DNA of 64,000 bases. It comes from Camelus ferus (Eukaryota). The translations under genes were made by a program, and so were the position numbers. Positions 37,591 through 50,885 of the stretch are shown in pieces (positions within the stretch are counted from its first letter, which is position 1; each line of letters starts with the position of its first letter). Location of the stretch: the NCBI RefSeq assembly GCF_009834535.1, contig NC_045732.1, forward strand, positions 29,512,001 to 29,576,000. The letters run 5' to 3'. The notes under the pieces are model-generated. The model was not told the DNA's origin, did no database searches, and saw only the letters and a program-made list of their open reading frames with translations.

Positions 37591-38984
37591 TTTTCATTAA
37601 AACTGTGTCCCTCTGCCCCTCCCCCACCTTCCTCCATGACTCCGAGCTTGCTAGCAGAGGCTATTTCAAGGAAAATGAACACCAAATACATAAAGATAAG
37701 AGCCAGAGCTATAGGCAGGATCTAAGAAGTAGTGCGGCTGTGAAGGGTCAGCAGTGGGGTTCAAAGGGTACAGAGTGGCCATTGAGAACTCTGAAAGCAG
37801 CCTAGAGATTATATCTGATTCTATAATGATAAGATTTCACTGTAGCTTCCTGTGCAGGCATGACGTAGTTAAAATGCTTTTAAGAATGATTATTTAGGGG
37901 GGACAGTTTTCAGGGTAAATGGAAGCAGGGAGAGAATGGAGACAGGAAGTTTGGCAGACAGGCAGCCCCAGCCATTCATGAACCAACAAAGTTGTGGCTC
38001 CAGAAACAGGGAGGACGTTAGGAGGAAGGATGCTACCATCATCGAGTGCTCATAAATTACAGAAATAGCTGCACATGTGACTCAATTTCATCCTCCTCTT
38101 GCTCTACCTTTGGAAGGTAGAATTCGGCCAAGTGGTAACTATTCACAAAAAGCATGTTAAAGATAGAAATGTTATTTTCAGTTTTCTAAAGAGTAAGACA
38201 AACATTATATATGCTGTGTTTCAAACACACATACACACCCATTGGTGCCAAGTAAATTACAATGACAAGGCAAGGGCAATGACCCCAAAGCTCTACACAG
38301 GCCCAAGAGACTTCTACCTCAAATATACCCTATTAGGCATTCCCAAAGTACGTGGAAGTGAGTTTTAAAGGACACAAAATCTTGAGAAAGGGTAGGCAGA
38401 GTAACACTGCATCGGATATTTTTAAAGTTAAGATGCCATCGACCCAGTGGGGAACTAAAGTTGGTATCCATTTGGCTCAGTATTTGAGTTATAAAAAAGA
38501 ATAGCATGCCTTCATAATGTTGGTGTTGGAAGATAAAATAAGTCCCAAGATAGGCTGGGTTTTCTTTTTTACAAATATATCTAAAATTCATATAAAAAGC
38601 TATACTGTGTTGCAATATTTTTTCAGATATTGCTCTATTGCTTCATTGCCCATAATTGGCTGAGCATTTCCTACATGAGACATCTTTCAGAAGATGACTG
38701 CCAATGATAATCTTGAAAGGCCTTCACACTTAAACTCTAGATTGTACATTTCAATCACAGAGACAACTGCATATGAAAAGTCTACAACGTTGAAGGTATT
38801 TTCGGTTTTATATTATGTTTTATGTGCAGGAATCAGCCTGTTTGAAGATAACTATCCTTATCTGAGAAAGACCAGATGGACCTTTACGACACTGAAACGT
38901 ATTTATTATTGCAGAGCCATGATGGGGCGAGGGGTGGAGTAGAAGGATGCAATGGGGCAGGAAACTCACACTTACACCCCTTAC

Positions 38985-39135
38985 ATCAACTCTACAAAGT
39001 ACGCCTTCTTGTTCCTCAGTTGACAATCTCCAAACTACAATTTGGAGAGATGAAGTAACTTGTCCAAATCCCAGAGCTCTCATGTGGCAGAAGCAGGGTT
39101 ATAGCACAGATCTGTCTGAGTTTATGCCCCTTTTA
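38985..39135 (-). mobile_element. MIR fragment
   Basis: ggagagatgaagtaacttgtccaaatcccagagctc. Confidence 0.55.
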
Positions 39136-41339
39136 CCCTCACGCTCATCTTCCTCCACTTCTCAAATAGAAAGCGAGCGAATTCTGATGTGGGCTACATG
39201 TAACACAACAAAATAATTAACTCATTAAGACACATGTGAGCTATATGTTTTGGGAAATACATTGTGATGCTCTCAGTGGAATGGCGAGGCAGTGAAATTA
39301 TTCTCCAGTTAGGTATTAACTAACTTTTTTTATTCCTCCTCAGTCAACTCAGAACTAATACCTTTCATGATTTTGAATGGCTCTAAATGAACAGAATACA
39401 TTCTTATTCTTAAAATAGACAACTATTTTCCCATGGACCAATACTCATCTGGTTATATTTATTTGTACCATTTGTCTCTATTATGTATAGCGTTAAAAGT
39501 TAGAAAAGCTCTTATTTCCTGAATCTCTTTGTCACGGAGCTATTTTTTCCCTCCAGAGAGACACCGTAGCTCAAGATTGTATATTAGAAATAAGCAATTA
39601 GTTGATGTCAAGTCTCATCTTATCTCAATAGCAATCTGTAAGAAGAAGGCAAGAACATATGGCAAAGTGCCATAATTATTTTTGATAATACACTAGAAAT
39701 CATAACAGCCATGTAGCTAATTTCCTCTGGCTTGTTTTAATTATGGATGTTGTAAATGCAGAAGAACAACTTTATTCTATCCCCCCACCCTTCCTCCTAC
39801 AAAACCCTTATAATATCCCGACACAAGCACAAAACAACCCTACACTGAGGCAGCTGTTCAGAACAGGTTAATGACGTAATAAATCTAAGACAATTCTATA
39901 TTTTCTTTCACTTTAAATAGCAGGACAATTTCTAAAAAATTCACAAACACACATAGGACATAATTGTTTCACTTGTGGGTAGTCTTTAGCCTAACGCTTA
40001 GAAATGCTACCTTAAAAATGAATTATAGGTATCCATAAAGTTTGAATGTTAAAGAAGATTCTAGAATCATGATGTTAACTAAAGTCTTGCTGAAATAATT
40101 GGGTCTGATTCCCTGGTGTTCTTTGGTGAGTTTATTTCTGTCTACTACCAAGTAGAGTAAATTACTTCTTCTGGAGAGTGTAATGGTCTTTTTGTGCCGA
40201 AGGCGTTACTTCACCATATTTAGCTTTCTTCTCTCATGGAATAGGGTGGATGGTGATCAGGGGAGAACAGTCACTCTTTCTTTAGTGTATGAGGAAAGGA
40301 AGGGATATACATGTGGATATTAGTATAACGGTCGGTGCCACTAGCACAGCTGCCAAAGGAAACATGACATAGCTGAGAAAACGAATTAAAACAAAATCAT
40401 ATCTGGTAAAACATCTAGGCTACTTTTTTTTTTTCATTCCTAGAACTCACTCTGCTAAGGCAAAAAAATCCATTCATGAACTTTTCATTGTATACCTACT
40501 AATCCTTCCCACAGCATCCAGTTCAGTTCAGAATATCTTCCTGAAGCAGTCCCAGGGCATTCTGGGCCTTTGGCCACAAGATGATGCTACTTTCATCTCA
40601 GATCATGTAGACTTAAAAAACTATTACTAGGCCAGTGAGGTTTGGGAAGGCTTAGGTCGTTCCATGCCCATGAGATAAATTACATAAGTTTTAATACAGA
40701 ACTAGAACAGAAAAAAGGGTATCTTTACAGATTATTTTACATCATAAGAATTTTTACATGGCAACTGCATGGTATTATCTGTTACAGAACAGTGGAAACC
40801 TGCCTCACAGTGTTCTGAAGTAAGAAAAGAAATTTTTCCATTGGATTTCATCATTGTCATTGATCTTGAGTACAAATGAAGAAGCCTGGCTACCCCAAGA
40901 AAGAGAAGTGATAAACAGGTCATGCCCACAGTGCTTTCCCATGGACAAATGTTTTTGCTCTACTCTTCTCAGACAGGAGCAGAGCAACTATATAGTAGTA
41001 GCAAATCTCTGCTCAAATTTCTGATATAGTTTGGGGTTTAAAAGAAAAAAACCCTCACCAATAGGAGACCAAGAAGCCAATGTGGGTGATACCGAATTGT
41101 TAATGTTGAGTAGAAAATAAAAAGACTTACTAAAAAAACCCTTTCGCCTGGTTCTGTCAGAGTTGTGCTCCTTTCCGGCTGTCTGATTTTGCCCTTTTGT
41201 GCACTGGTGGAAAGATGGGGGTCTCCCCTAAACTATATCTGAAGATACCCACAAAACAACAAGATATAACTCTCCTGAAAGAGACTTAAGTAAACACACA
41301 ACCCAAATAACATGTGATATGGTTAAAGTGGACACAGCC

Positions 41340-41600
41340 CTATAGCAACACAGAGCAATTAGCCCTGTTGCCAAGATTTATAGATGCTATTACACGAGTG
41401 ATGATATTTGAGTAGGGTCTTGAGGGATGAGTAGGAGCTGACCAGGAGAGAAGTAGGAGAATGAAATTTGAAGAAGAGGGAAAAGCATGAGTAAAGCTGA
41501 AGATAAGAATACAAGTCAGAACTGAGTAAGTCTTTGTGGCTGGGGGAAGGTGGGGAATGGGCGAGGAAGCTTCATGGGAGGCAGGAAAGAGGGGTCCATT
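41340..41600 (-). mobile_element. L2 fragment
   Basis: gatatttgagtagggtcttgagggatgagtaggagctgaccagg. Confidence 0.65.
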
Positions 41601-41667
41601 TTCTCTGTGTCATCCACATATGCCTGTGAACATGAGCTTTCATCATGTATTAGTAGTCTGTCTAGCA

Positions 41668-41856
41668 AAGTGGTTCTCAAACTTGAGCTAGCTTGAGAAT
41701 CACCTGGAGGGCTTATTAAAACACAGGCTGCTAGGCTCCAATCCTGGAGTTCATGATTTTGTAGGTCTGGGGTAGAGCTCAGGAATTCGCATTTCTAACA
41801 AGTTCCAAGGTGGTGCTCTGCTACTCCAGGGATCACCCTTTGAGGACAAACCACTG
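41668..41856 (+). mobile_element. MER5A (hAT-Charlie MITE), full length, with perfect 8-bp TSD
   Basis: Termini aagtggttctcaaa...aaaccactg; TSD gtctagca at 41660-41667 and 41857-41864 (NTCTAGAN-like Charlie target). Confidence 0.9.
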
Positions 41857-44800
41857 GTCTAGCATGATGGTCCTTAATCTCCTGGAAGTCATGAATGCCT
41901 TTGTGAAAATAATGGACTGTCTCCTGAGAAACCTGCACAAATATTCCTAAATGCAAAATATGACCTAAAATGTCATGGGCTTCCGAAACCCACTAAGAGG
42001 AACGCGAGTGCAGTGGCCTGTTAGCAGCTATGTCCACCTCCAAGAAATACAATGGATTAATTAAGACAATGTACCTTTCAAGTACCACTGTAACGGAAAA
42101 CTCTCAGGAAGAAGAACACATAGGAAAATGTCACTGAAGTGTGATTTTTGGCTTACTGGGCATCTTGGAATTAGTCATAGTCATCTCAGGCACAAAATGA
42201 TTAGATTTGGGGAAAGGAACATCTCAGAAAGCAGTCCGTGACTGCTACAAAGAAATTCCTGTCACTCTAACCACATTCAAGTAACCTGCCATCTATTCGG
42301 GATGGTGGGTAACATGGAGGAAAAGGGTGCATTTAGCCAGGGGCCTGGGAGAAAGACACAGAAGTCTGTACCTCTGGGAAAGTAGCTATGGCTCTAGATG
42401 GAAGAAAGAGATCATTAAGAATGTGCTTAAAAGGAAACTTCAAATGGGTCATGCTACACAAGGATAGGAGACAATCCCTGTTGCAGAGATGACTTTACCC
42501 TTTACCCAAGAATCCTCCTCACGTGCCTTTCGTAAGCCAGTGGTACAGATATTTTTAAATGACCCTGAAAAGAAAGCAGAGGTGTTCTTTATTTCATGCG
42601 AAGAAAGCCATCGCTCATTCAAAGAACCTTAGGCCTGCTCTGCATGCATGCATGGAGTCTGAACACGAGGCACATATTGTGCTATTCATCTTGGTACCTA
42701 TAAATTCAAGTGATGGCTCTGATGCTGGGGAAACAAAGACCTGCTGAGTTTGAGAGCAGCACTCCTCCTTCAGTTTCTCAAAGAAGTGATAGTGCTACAG
42801 GCAAAGAGCCCTGTAATAATTTGAGGAAAATACACGTCTGAGTCAATGAAGATTTTCTGTTATTGCACGGGCTGTTTTGCCTAAAGCCAGGAAAACTCTG
42901 ATGATAAGGTTTTAGCTGCTGATTCATCTCCCCTGTCTTGGATTCTTCTCAGCAGACTTTTATTGGGTCTCATCATGGGCACATTTACAGAGCAATTTCC
43001 ATAATGATAAAATCTCTTCAAATGAGATTTAAAATGTAATTAAAGGGCAGATTTGATGTGGTAAAGGCGTTGTTGTGCAGTGAGCATACATCATCATGCC
43101 ACAGAGCACTCTGCAGCTAGCCTATGGCACGACCCCAATTTTGCTCTGGTAAGATTACATGTCCTTGTTTCATGCTAATGGCTTGATTAGGGAAAAATAA
43201 AAGAAGATAAAACAGCCTCACGATTGGAGAGATAAATCCATGAATATGAGCTAGATTTTTGTACCCTCCTCCATCCATTTTGAATCTTAGACTTCAGAGG
43301 CTGCAAAAAAACTTCTGAAATGCAGAGGTGAACACTGAGAAACTGACAGGTGAAAGCTGAAAGGATCTACTTGCCCCGAGAAGTGGATCTCTGTAAATCC
43401 TAGGCCTGTTCTCTTGGTTTTAAGTGCAATTGCTAGAAAAGTGGAAACTAGAGGTTATAGCTCCCTGAATGGATGAATGCTTGCTCCTGGAAAACTGCCT
43501 GGAGCCTGAGAAAGGAAGAAAATATTCCTTGGGCAGTCCATTTTTAAAACCTCAAAAGTAACTGAGACTATTCTTCACTATAAAATCAATATGATTTTAA
43601 GCTTTAGAATTTCTCAAACCCCCAGATATCTGGCCTACTCAGTTCCTGAATCATAAGTATCCTCAATCCTGGTATTTCCCAAATGATATAAAATGATTTT
43701 TTACTGGGCTACTGGCTTACATATTGACAGTTAACCATATAATGGGATATGGAAATCATATTTTTTTTAACACACAGGACAAAGCAAATCTTTCCAAAGA
43801 TCTGACTTTAGATCTAAGATCATAGTTAAATAATAGGTTCTGAGGCATTTATAAGAGGATTTGGGCCTTTTAAACACCGTATGTCCATTACCTTAGCAAC
43901 ATATCCTGATGATACTCACAGAAACAAACGCCATATCATGCTTGAGTTATACAGAGCATGGAGAGTTTCACTGATTTTTTGTGTGTGTGTGTGATCGTCC
44001 CTTTGCAGAAATGAAAGATTCCTTTGGACACAATACTTTGTCTATGGAATCAAATTCATCTTTGTGATGTTGGGAGCTACAAAATAACTCATGTGTTTTA
44101 AAACAGCATTAAATCTATGGAATTAAATTTTAAAATGTATGGAATTAAATTATAGTTAGTAAAAATACTTTGAGGGTCTTTAATTTGCTGCTGCTGATAA
44201 ATTCTTGTCAAATCGTTACTATGCTTTTAAGTGCAATTATGTTTTCATAGGCAGGAATAAGACAGTAGGAAAAATAACATACAATTTTGAAGAGAAAATG
44301 GCCACTGTACCTTTGAAATAAAAGCAATTTATGTCTCTTTGCTAAAAAAAAAAAACAAAAAACAAACTCACAAGTTAAGCCACAAAGTTCACCTCTCTTA
44401 TCGAAAATGCAAGGCTATTTTCAACTTGCTTTAATACCAAACAATTCGTGGCAAATTTTGGCTTCACTGTAACAATAACCTCTTTTGGCCAAATAACCCT
44501 CATCAACCCTGGATAAAGTTTTCTGCTAAACAACTCCTCTACTTCCCACTCACTACCAGAGATAAAACAATTGAAGAGACCTCATCATTCTCTGTAGGAC
44601 TGTTTGCACTCACTCACTTAGCCAAGCTTCCACTGCCTGATTTCATTGCCATGGAAAGTCCTACAGGATAAACTTGGAAAGTAGCTACCTGTCACTTCTC
44701 CAAACATCCCACTGCTTCCAATTACTACTGATTTTGTGTTGTCAAGTAGCCTTGATACTTGAACTATCCAACTGTTTTAAATGCAGAAGAGAAAATCCTA

Positions 44801-45589
44801 GTGAAAATGGGGAACAAAAAAGTGTTCTCATGTTTCTGAAGAGTGGCATTGTGCTTGCATGATTGCTTTTCATCAGTTTTGACTTCTCTGAGAGGCAGTC
44901 TTTCTTTTCACGCTCTAGGCTGATGTTTCATCTCACTAAATAGTTCATGAGCATGATGCAAATCCAGCATTCTTCCTTTTGACAGCTTTACTCCTAAAAT
45001 AAGTAAAAGCAGTCCCCAACTTGCAAAGAGTTCTATAACCAAAAGTCATTTGCAAGTCAATGGTTCGGAGCTCAAAACTCAAATTGCCACTGGAACAACA
45101 GCCATATATGTCTCAGGCCGGATCTCTAACATGGATGATCTATGTCATTCCGACAGCATTAATTTGGGTTATGTGACTTGAGAAGTATACATCTTTTGGG
45201 GGTACAAAGGGGAATGAAATACGAAAAGAAAAATATTTCTCTTTGAATCCTGAGTCTGCCTGATGCAAAACAGTAAGCAAAGGGATCTAGCTCATCCCAC
45301 CTCCTGGTGCCCAATCTTTTCCACCCCTCACATTTCCTCATGTCCTAATAATCCTTCTTTCCTACCTGTTGAAAACCGTACTTCCAGAGCATAGTCTGAC
45401 CACTTTCACATTCTGGGAGCTTTTTATATTTTAAAAAGAGGAAGCTGAGTTAAACAAATGAATTTCATTCAGATTGGTAGAATTTCAGAGAGTTTAAGAA
45501 TGCAAGGTGAAATATTCAGATAGTAGCAAAAGTGTCTGGGGGCAGAATGGCTTCAGTCATTCTTGCTAGGAAATCTGCATCGGTTAATA

Positions 45590-46290
45590 CTATGGATTGG
45601 CTCACTCAAACCTCCACACTACCGTTCCTCCATCTAGTTTAACAGGCTGGAAATTAAAGACTGTATTTGCCAGACTTCGATGCAGCTACGGTTCTGGATA
45701 TGAATCAGGTTTTAATAAGTTAGCATTGTGACATAAAATAAAGGGTGTCCAGTTCAATGTGAATTTCAGATAAACAATGGATTTTTAAATTGTGTTGCAT
45801 GCATTACTTTTATCTGCTAAATATGGCAACCGTACATCAAGTAGACGTACTTGTGAGTGATCTGGAAGGTGGAAGTGAGGCAATGGCCATCTCCCTGCCC
45901 CTTGTGGCTGTTTCTGTTGGTGAGCATAGTCCTAGAAGAACAAGAGTGCCCATATCACAGTTCCAAAGTGGATTCTCCAGCTTCCTGATTGAAGAAAAGA
46001 AGTTGCTAACAGAAGCTACAAAAGTGGTAGCTTCTAGATTTCAACTTCCTTAATCCTAGTTCATAGTTACAGAGTATGTTCTTGAATTCACTGCATCAGT
46101 GGTGCTTCTAGTGGATAAGTTCTACCTGGCTTTAGAATTCAATGCTGGAAGCCAGGTCTCAAATTTGCTCCTTCAGCCTTTCTAAACATTTAGTATGCAT
46201 CTCATCTTCTGTATTAAATCATTCTGTGATTACCACACCTAGAGTAGTTTCTCTATTTTGAACTGAACTCTGACTGCTCTATCAACCCTC
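45590..46290. mobile_element. ERVL-type solo LTR (LTR33-like), interrupted by a MER53-like MITE
   Basis: ggctggaaattaaagactgtatttgccagac...gcagctacggttctggatatg and tctggaaggtggaagtgaggcaatggccatc match the recalled consensus. Confidence 0.55.
45722..45833. mobile_element. MER53-like hAT MITE, internally deleted
   Basis: ataaaataaagggtgtccagttcaatgtgaatttcagataaacaa ... tttatctgctaaatatggcaacc. Confidence 0.65.
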
Positions 46291-47093
46291 AGAGTCAGCT
46301 TTTCTATTTGTTTCTAGTGATGGCAATACTTTCCTTTAGTCACTCTAAAACCTACAAACAATAAAGCTCTATAGTTTTCTCAACATGGCTCTTTGTCACA
46401 GCCACGTGATCCCTCATCAAAGGGTGGTAGGAAACGAGGATAGCAGAGGGCTTTGTACCTCTGGACTGATGCTTTATTTCTAAAGAAAATACTTTACAGG
46501 ATACTTCAGAAGATACTTTAAGGTTGTGACAACACATTTAAATACCTACACATTATGTCATCATCCTTTACAGAAATCTCACTATTATTTTCCTTATCTC
46601 TTTTGTTCCTCATATCTAGATGTCAAATTTATACTGACAACATATTTGATACCTAGGGAAAAGATCTGATTCAACAGTTTCATAACATGATGTTCTATTA
46701 ATTAAAACATGATACACCGACACTGAAGTATCAAAAAAACAAAAAATCCAGAAGTGGAATATCACAAACTTGTCTCATATTTAAGCCATGGGGACGAGTG
46801 AAGGAATACTAAGGAAAGCCTGAGCTTTCAGGCCTGGCTTGCACATATGAGGTGAACTCTGGAGAACAGACCTTACCTCTCTGCTGTTAGCACCTGGCAC
46901 AGTGCTGAGCACATGCAGCCACACAATAAACTGAGCTGAATTTTTAATCATCCAGCTACCTTCACCTACTCTGCATGTCTTATGCACCATTTCATTTCCT
47001 AAAAGTACCAAGTTCTAACATGAGGAGATACGGACATGGTAAGCACTGACCGTCTCTGGTGCTCGAGGTTTTCAACGCATGGGCCCATGTAAT

Positions 47094-47224
47094 TAGGGTG
47101 ACTCTATAGTTTACTGTCCAAACAAGAACACTTTTGAGAGCATACCGGGGTGCTATTAATAATTACATGAGAACAATAGGCATAAATTGGGTCTGTCCTG
47201 AGCAGATCAGGATGGGTAAACTTA
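47094..47224 (+). mobile_element. MER94-like hAT-Blackjack MITE
   Basis: tagggtgactctatagtttactgtccaaacaagaacacttttgagag...tgctattaataattac. Confidence 0.75.
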
Positions 47225-47446
47225 CAGCCATCAGTAAAGTGGGAAAAATGTCCTGATTGAGTCTTTATGTTTTCTCAGTATCAGCCAAGGCAGCCTTTCT
47301 TTCTACTCATTCTCTTCAAGTAATGAAAAGTCTATGACAGGACGTTTCCTTCCTGCCTGGGATTCACTGAGGGGGGTCAATCGATCACTGCATCTGTTTC
47401 TTACATCCAGGGGATGACAGGCAGATAAAAGCCAGAGGTTCATGCC

Positions 47447-47484
47447 ACTGTACTTCAATAAATTTTTTTAATTAAAAAAAAAAA
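47447..47484 (+). mobile_element. Very short L1 3' tail
   Basis: actgtacttcaataaa followed by an A-rich tail; same terminus as the 24591-24680 stub. Confidence 0.5.
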
Positions 47485-48504
47485 GAGCCAGTAACAAAAT
47501 GCCCTTCAAAGAAAACATTTTGTGGGTCTGTGTGTAGCAGAGACGAGAAGTAGGATACTGTCAAGAGAAGGATCCTAGAATAGCTTCTTGAAAGAAAGGC
47601 TATTTTTTTTTTCTTTGAAAAAAAGGAGTGTAAGTGAACATTGCTACAACATCTATTGTGTATCATCTACCATATTCCTCTTAACAAATGAAGATAAAAG
47701 TTTCTGTATTTGTCAGCAATGCAAACTAGAAAGAATTCACTTTCTTGAAATTTAAATTCTCTTTTATGGAGAAGTAACCCATTCTATACATATTTCATAC
47801 CTGACGTTTATAATACCAAGTTTACATTTACAAAAATGGCTTTGTGGGGCTCTCATGCCAATCAAAAGTTTCTTCCAAGACATTTCTCTTCATACAGAAG
47901 GAAGACAGGGACACAAAAACAAAAACAAAAACCAAGAACTTGAACAACAAGATTCAGGATGTCGATTCATAAGTCATGGATTGAGAATTGGTTTAAATCT
48001 AAAACTCCTAATCATAGAACTTCAAAGAGATATGGTGAATTATACACATTAGATTTTTCCTTTTAAAGAAAAGCAGAGAGAAGACACTGCAGTGGAAAGC
48101 TCTTGCTAGTCTGGTGGCTCCTGAGAGCAGAGCGCTATCAGCCTGGCTCACTGCTGTATCTCCAGCTTCCAGGTTGGCAATTGGCACCCAGCTGCTTTTG
48201 TTTTTGACAAAGTTAGCAAACAAATGATTGGATCAAGTAATGAATTGATCGGTTGTGAAAGAAGTCAAGTAACTGCAAAACATCAAAGAGGGTTGATAAT
48301 GAGAGTCAAGGAGTTGGTTACCTTGGTGTGCCATAGCTGGTAGGTAACCTCGGAATGTGACTAAATAATGCAGCACCAGCTCCTCTTGACAGCAGCCCAG
48401 CTTACTGTGTGATTGTTTTAACCATTTCTTCCCTCCAGTTTTCCAAGGCAGAGCAGGTCTCCTCACTTCCCCTGGTTATGAGGGTAGGATTATCATTTGC
48501 TCTT

Positions 48505-48630
48505 GTTCATCCAGTCATTCACCCATTCATTCATTCTATAAATATTTACTGAGCACCCACCAGGTATCTGGCACTGTGCCAGGGCCTGGGATGAACATGA
48601 CAGATGTGATCCCAGCCTGAGCTTTTAAAA
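48505..48630 (-). mobile_element. L2 3' end
   Basis: cattcattcattctataaatatttactgagcacccaccaggtatctggcactgtgccagg. Confidence 0.8.
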
Positions 48631-49329
48631 CAATGACATCCTGGTTTAGATCAGGTACTCTGACTACAAAGCACTGGGAAAGCTGGACAACTCTTAGCAC
48701 AGTGGAGATTCTAGGACAGGACGAACAAGACTTCTGAGATAATCTTTTTTAACTTAACATTTAGAAAGGGTAAAACTGCACAGAAAACAACACCATTTAA
48801 GAGGAGACTTGAGTAATTATTGGGTTCTTTTGATTAGGTAGAAAACCTATCCTGGGAGTTAAAATCTCAAGGTAGACTTTTCTTGGCCTATATTACCTGT
48901 TTGGACTAGCCACATGGTCCTAAATTAATGAGATAATTGAAAACTATTCTTCTCTACTATAACCCCTCATCTTATGATGGGTCTTTTATCAGATTGCATG
49001 GCAGCTGGTGTATATTTAATTCAAAAAAATAGGGAAGGTTTAAAGTGTGGAGGTGAGAAAAAAGGAGGGAAGAGAGATGGTACAAGGAAGATTCTGAAAC
49101 AGTTTTCATAAACTTAGAAGCAACGAAATGGACTTAAGATTACAAACAAAAAGAATTTCATTGCTCACTGATTCTGTATTCAACACTTTCTCTAACATCC
49201 CAGAGCAGCTATTTCCAACAAACTAACACCGTTGCCATCACTCCGTGTTTAATGACTGCTTCCATTTCAGTTAGAAACAGTTATTCAATAGAAGGACCTT
49301 AACTTAACCTTTCACCAAGCTTACAAAAT

Positions 49330-50885
49330 TACCAGCAACTACAACTGTTCTTCCCTCCTCCCCTGCAGCTGCAATAGGTGTGCCTTCCTTCCTATCTGAG
49401 GCTATCAATTATCCCTCATTTCCTCTGCATCCTCAGCCTCTTCCTCTCTTCGGCCCCTTTCCTGCTGGCATTTACACACGCTCAAGCCCCTCTTGTCTTT
49501 AGACCACGCTCCTTCTCTTGCCCCCACATCCATCTTCTGTCACTATGGTCGTTCTCTTTTCCCATCACAGCTACAAGTCTTGGAAGAATTGCTTTACATT
49601 GGCTCCTTGATTTTCTCAATTCCCAATCATGTCTCAACCCAATGCAATCTTGGTTCTCTATTTACCACTGAGTAATTACTGGCTTCTGCAAAATCAACAC
49701 TGAAATTACTCACATCAAGGTTATCAGTACCCTCCATGTTGCTAAATTAATGGAATATTTTTGGTCTTATCTTTTACGTCTCTTTCATAGCACTTGACAA
49801 CTCTGAGTGCTACTTTTTCTTGAAAGCCTCTCTTCCCTTGATTTGTGACATCACACACACCTGGTTTGTCTCCTGCCTACTGAATTGCTAATTTCCCTGT
49901 CTCCACTGCAAGTTTATTTTTCTCTGTTTATCCTTGAAATGCTGGTGTTTATCTCGGTTTACTCCTGGACCCTTTTTTCTTCTGTATCTACAAACTTTCC
50001 CCTAAGCCATTTCAAACACTTGCAGGGTTTTAATTACCCTTATACTGGAAAAATCCAATTAAACAACTCTAGCTCAGAACTTTTTCCATAGGTACAGCTC
50101 ACAGACCTAGCTACCTGGGCATAGCCGTTTGCATGCTCCATGGGCAACTCAAACTCAACACATGCAAGACTGAACTCAACATTACCTCTTCTGTTTTACC
50201 CCCTCTATCTCCTTCAAACACACTCCATCTCTTGTGTTAAGCGTTTGAATAAATTTACACCCATCTACCTGATTGTTTGAATTAGATACCTGACAGCTCT
50301 TTCCTCCCAGTCACCCACCACAATCTAACAATCATAATAGCATTGATTCTACCTTTTAAATAGTTATCAAATCTGTGTGCTTTCTACTTCTCTCCAACTC
50401 CATCACCACAACTTCGTCTACATCATCATCATTACCACTCACCAGGGTAACGTCAGTAGTGTCCTGAAGCTGTCTCCTTGTCTCCAGTTTACTGAGCTTC
50501 CTTCAGTTCCCTGAACTGCCATGAAATTTCTCAGTTCCGGGCCTTTACACACACTGTCCCCTCTGCCAGGAAGACTCCTCCAAGTCCCCAGCTTGACCTG
50601 GCTAACTCCTGCCCCTCCTCAGGTCTCAGCCACGGTGAGACTTCCTTAGAGAAGCCCTCTTCATTCCACCAAGCCAGGACCAGGCTGGTTATCTTTACGC
50701 ACGCTCCTAGCACCACCACAGCACTGCTCTCACCAGATAGTAGATGCTTGTTTCATCTCCTTCTGCCCCCGTTAGACAACAGATCAAAGAAGATCGAGAT
50801 CAACCTGTTTTGTTTATTTTTAACACATCTCCAGTGTCTAGCATAGTGTCTGGAACATCAAAGATACTCATGAATAAATGTATAA
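49330..50885 (+). mobile_element. Long L2 fragment
   Basis: L2 ORF2 remnant (ctccatgttgctaaattaatgg...cttcccttgatttgtgacatcac) ending in gcatagtgtctggaacatcaaagatactcatgaataaatg. Confidence 0.85.
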
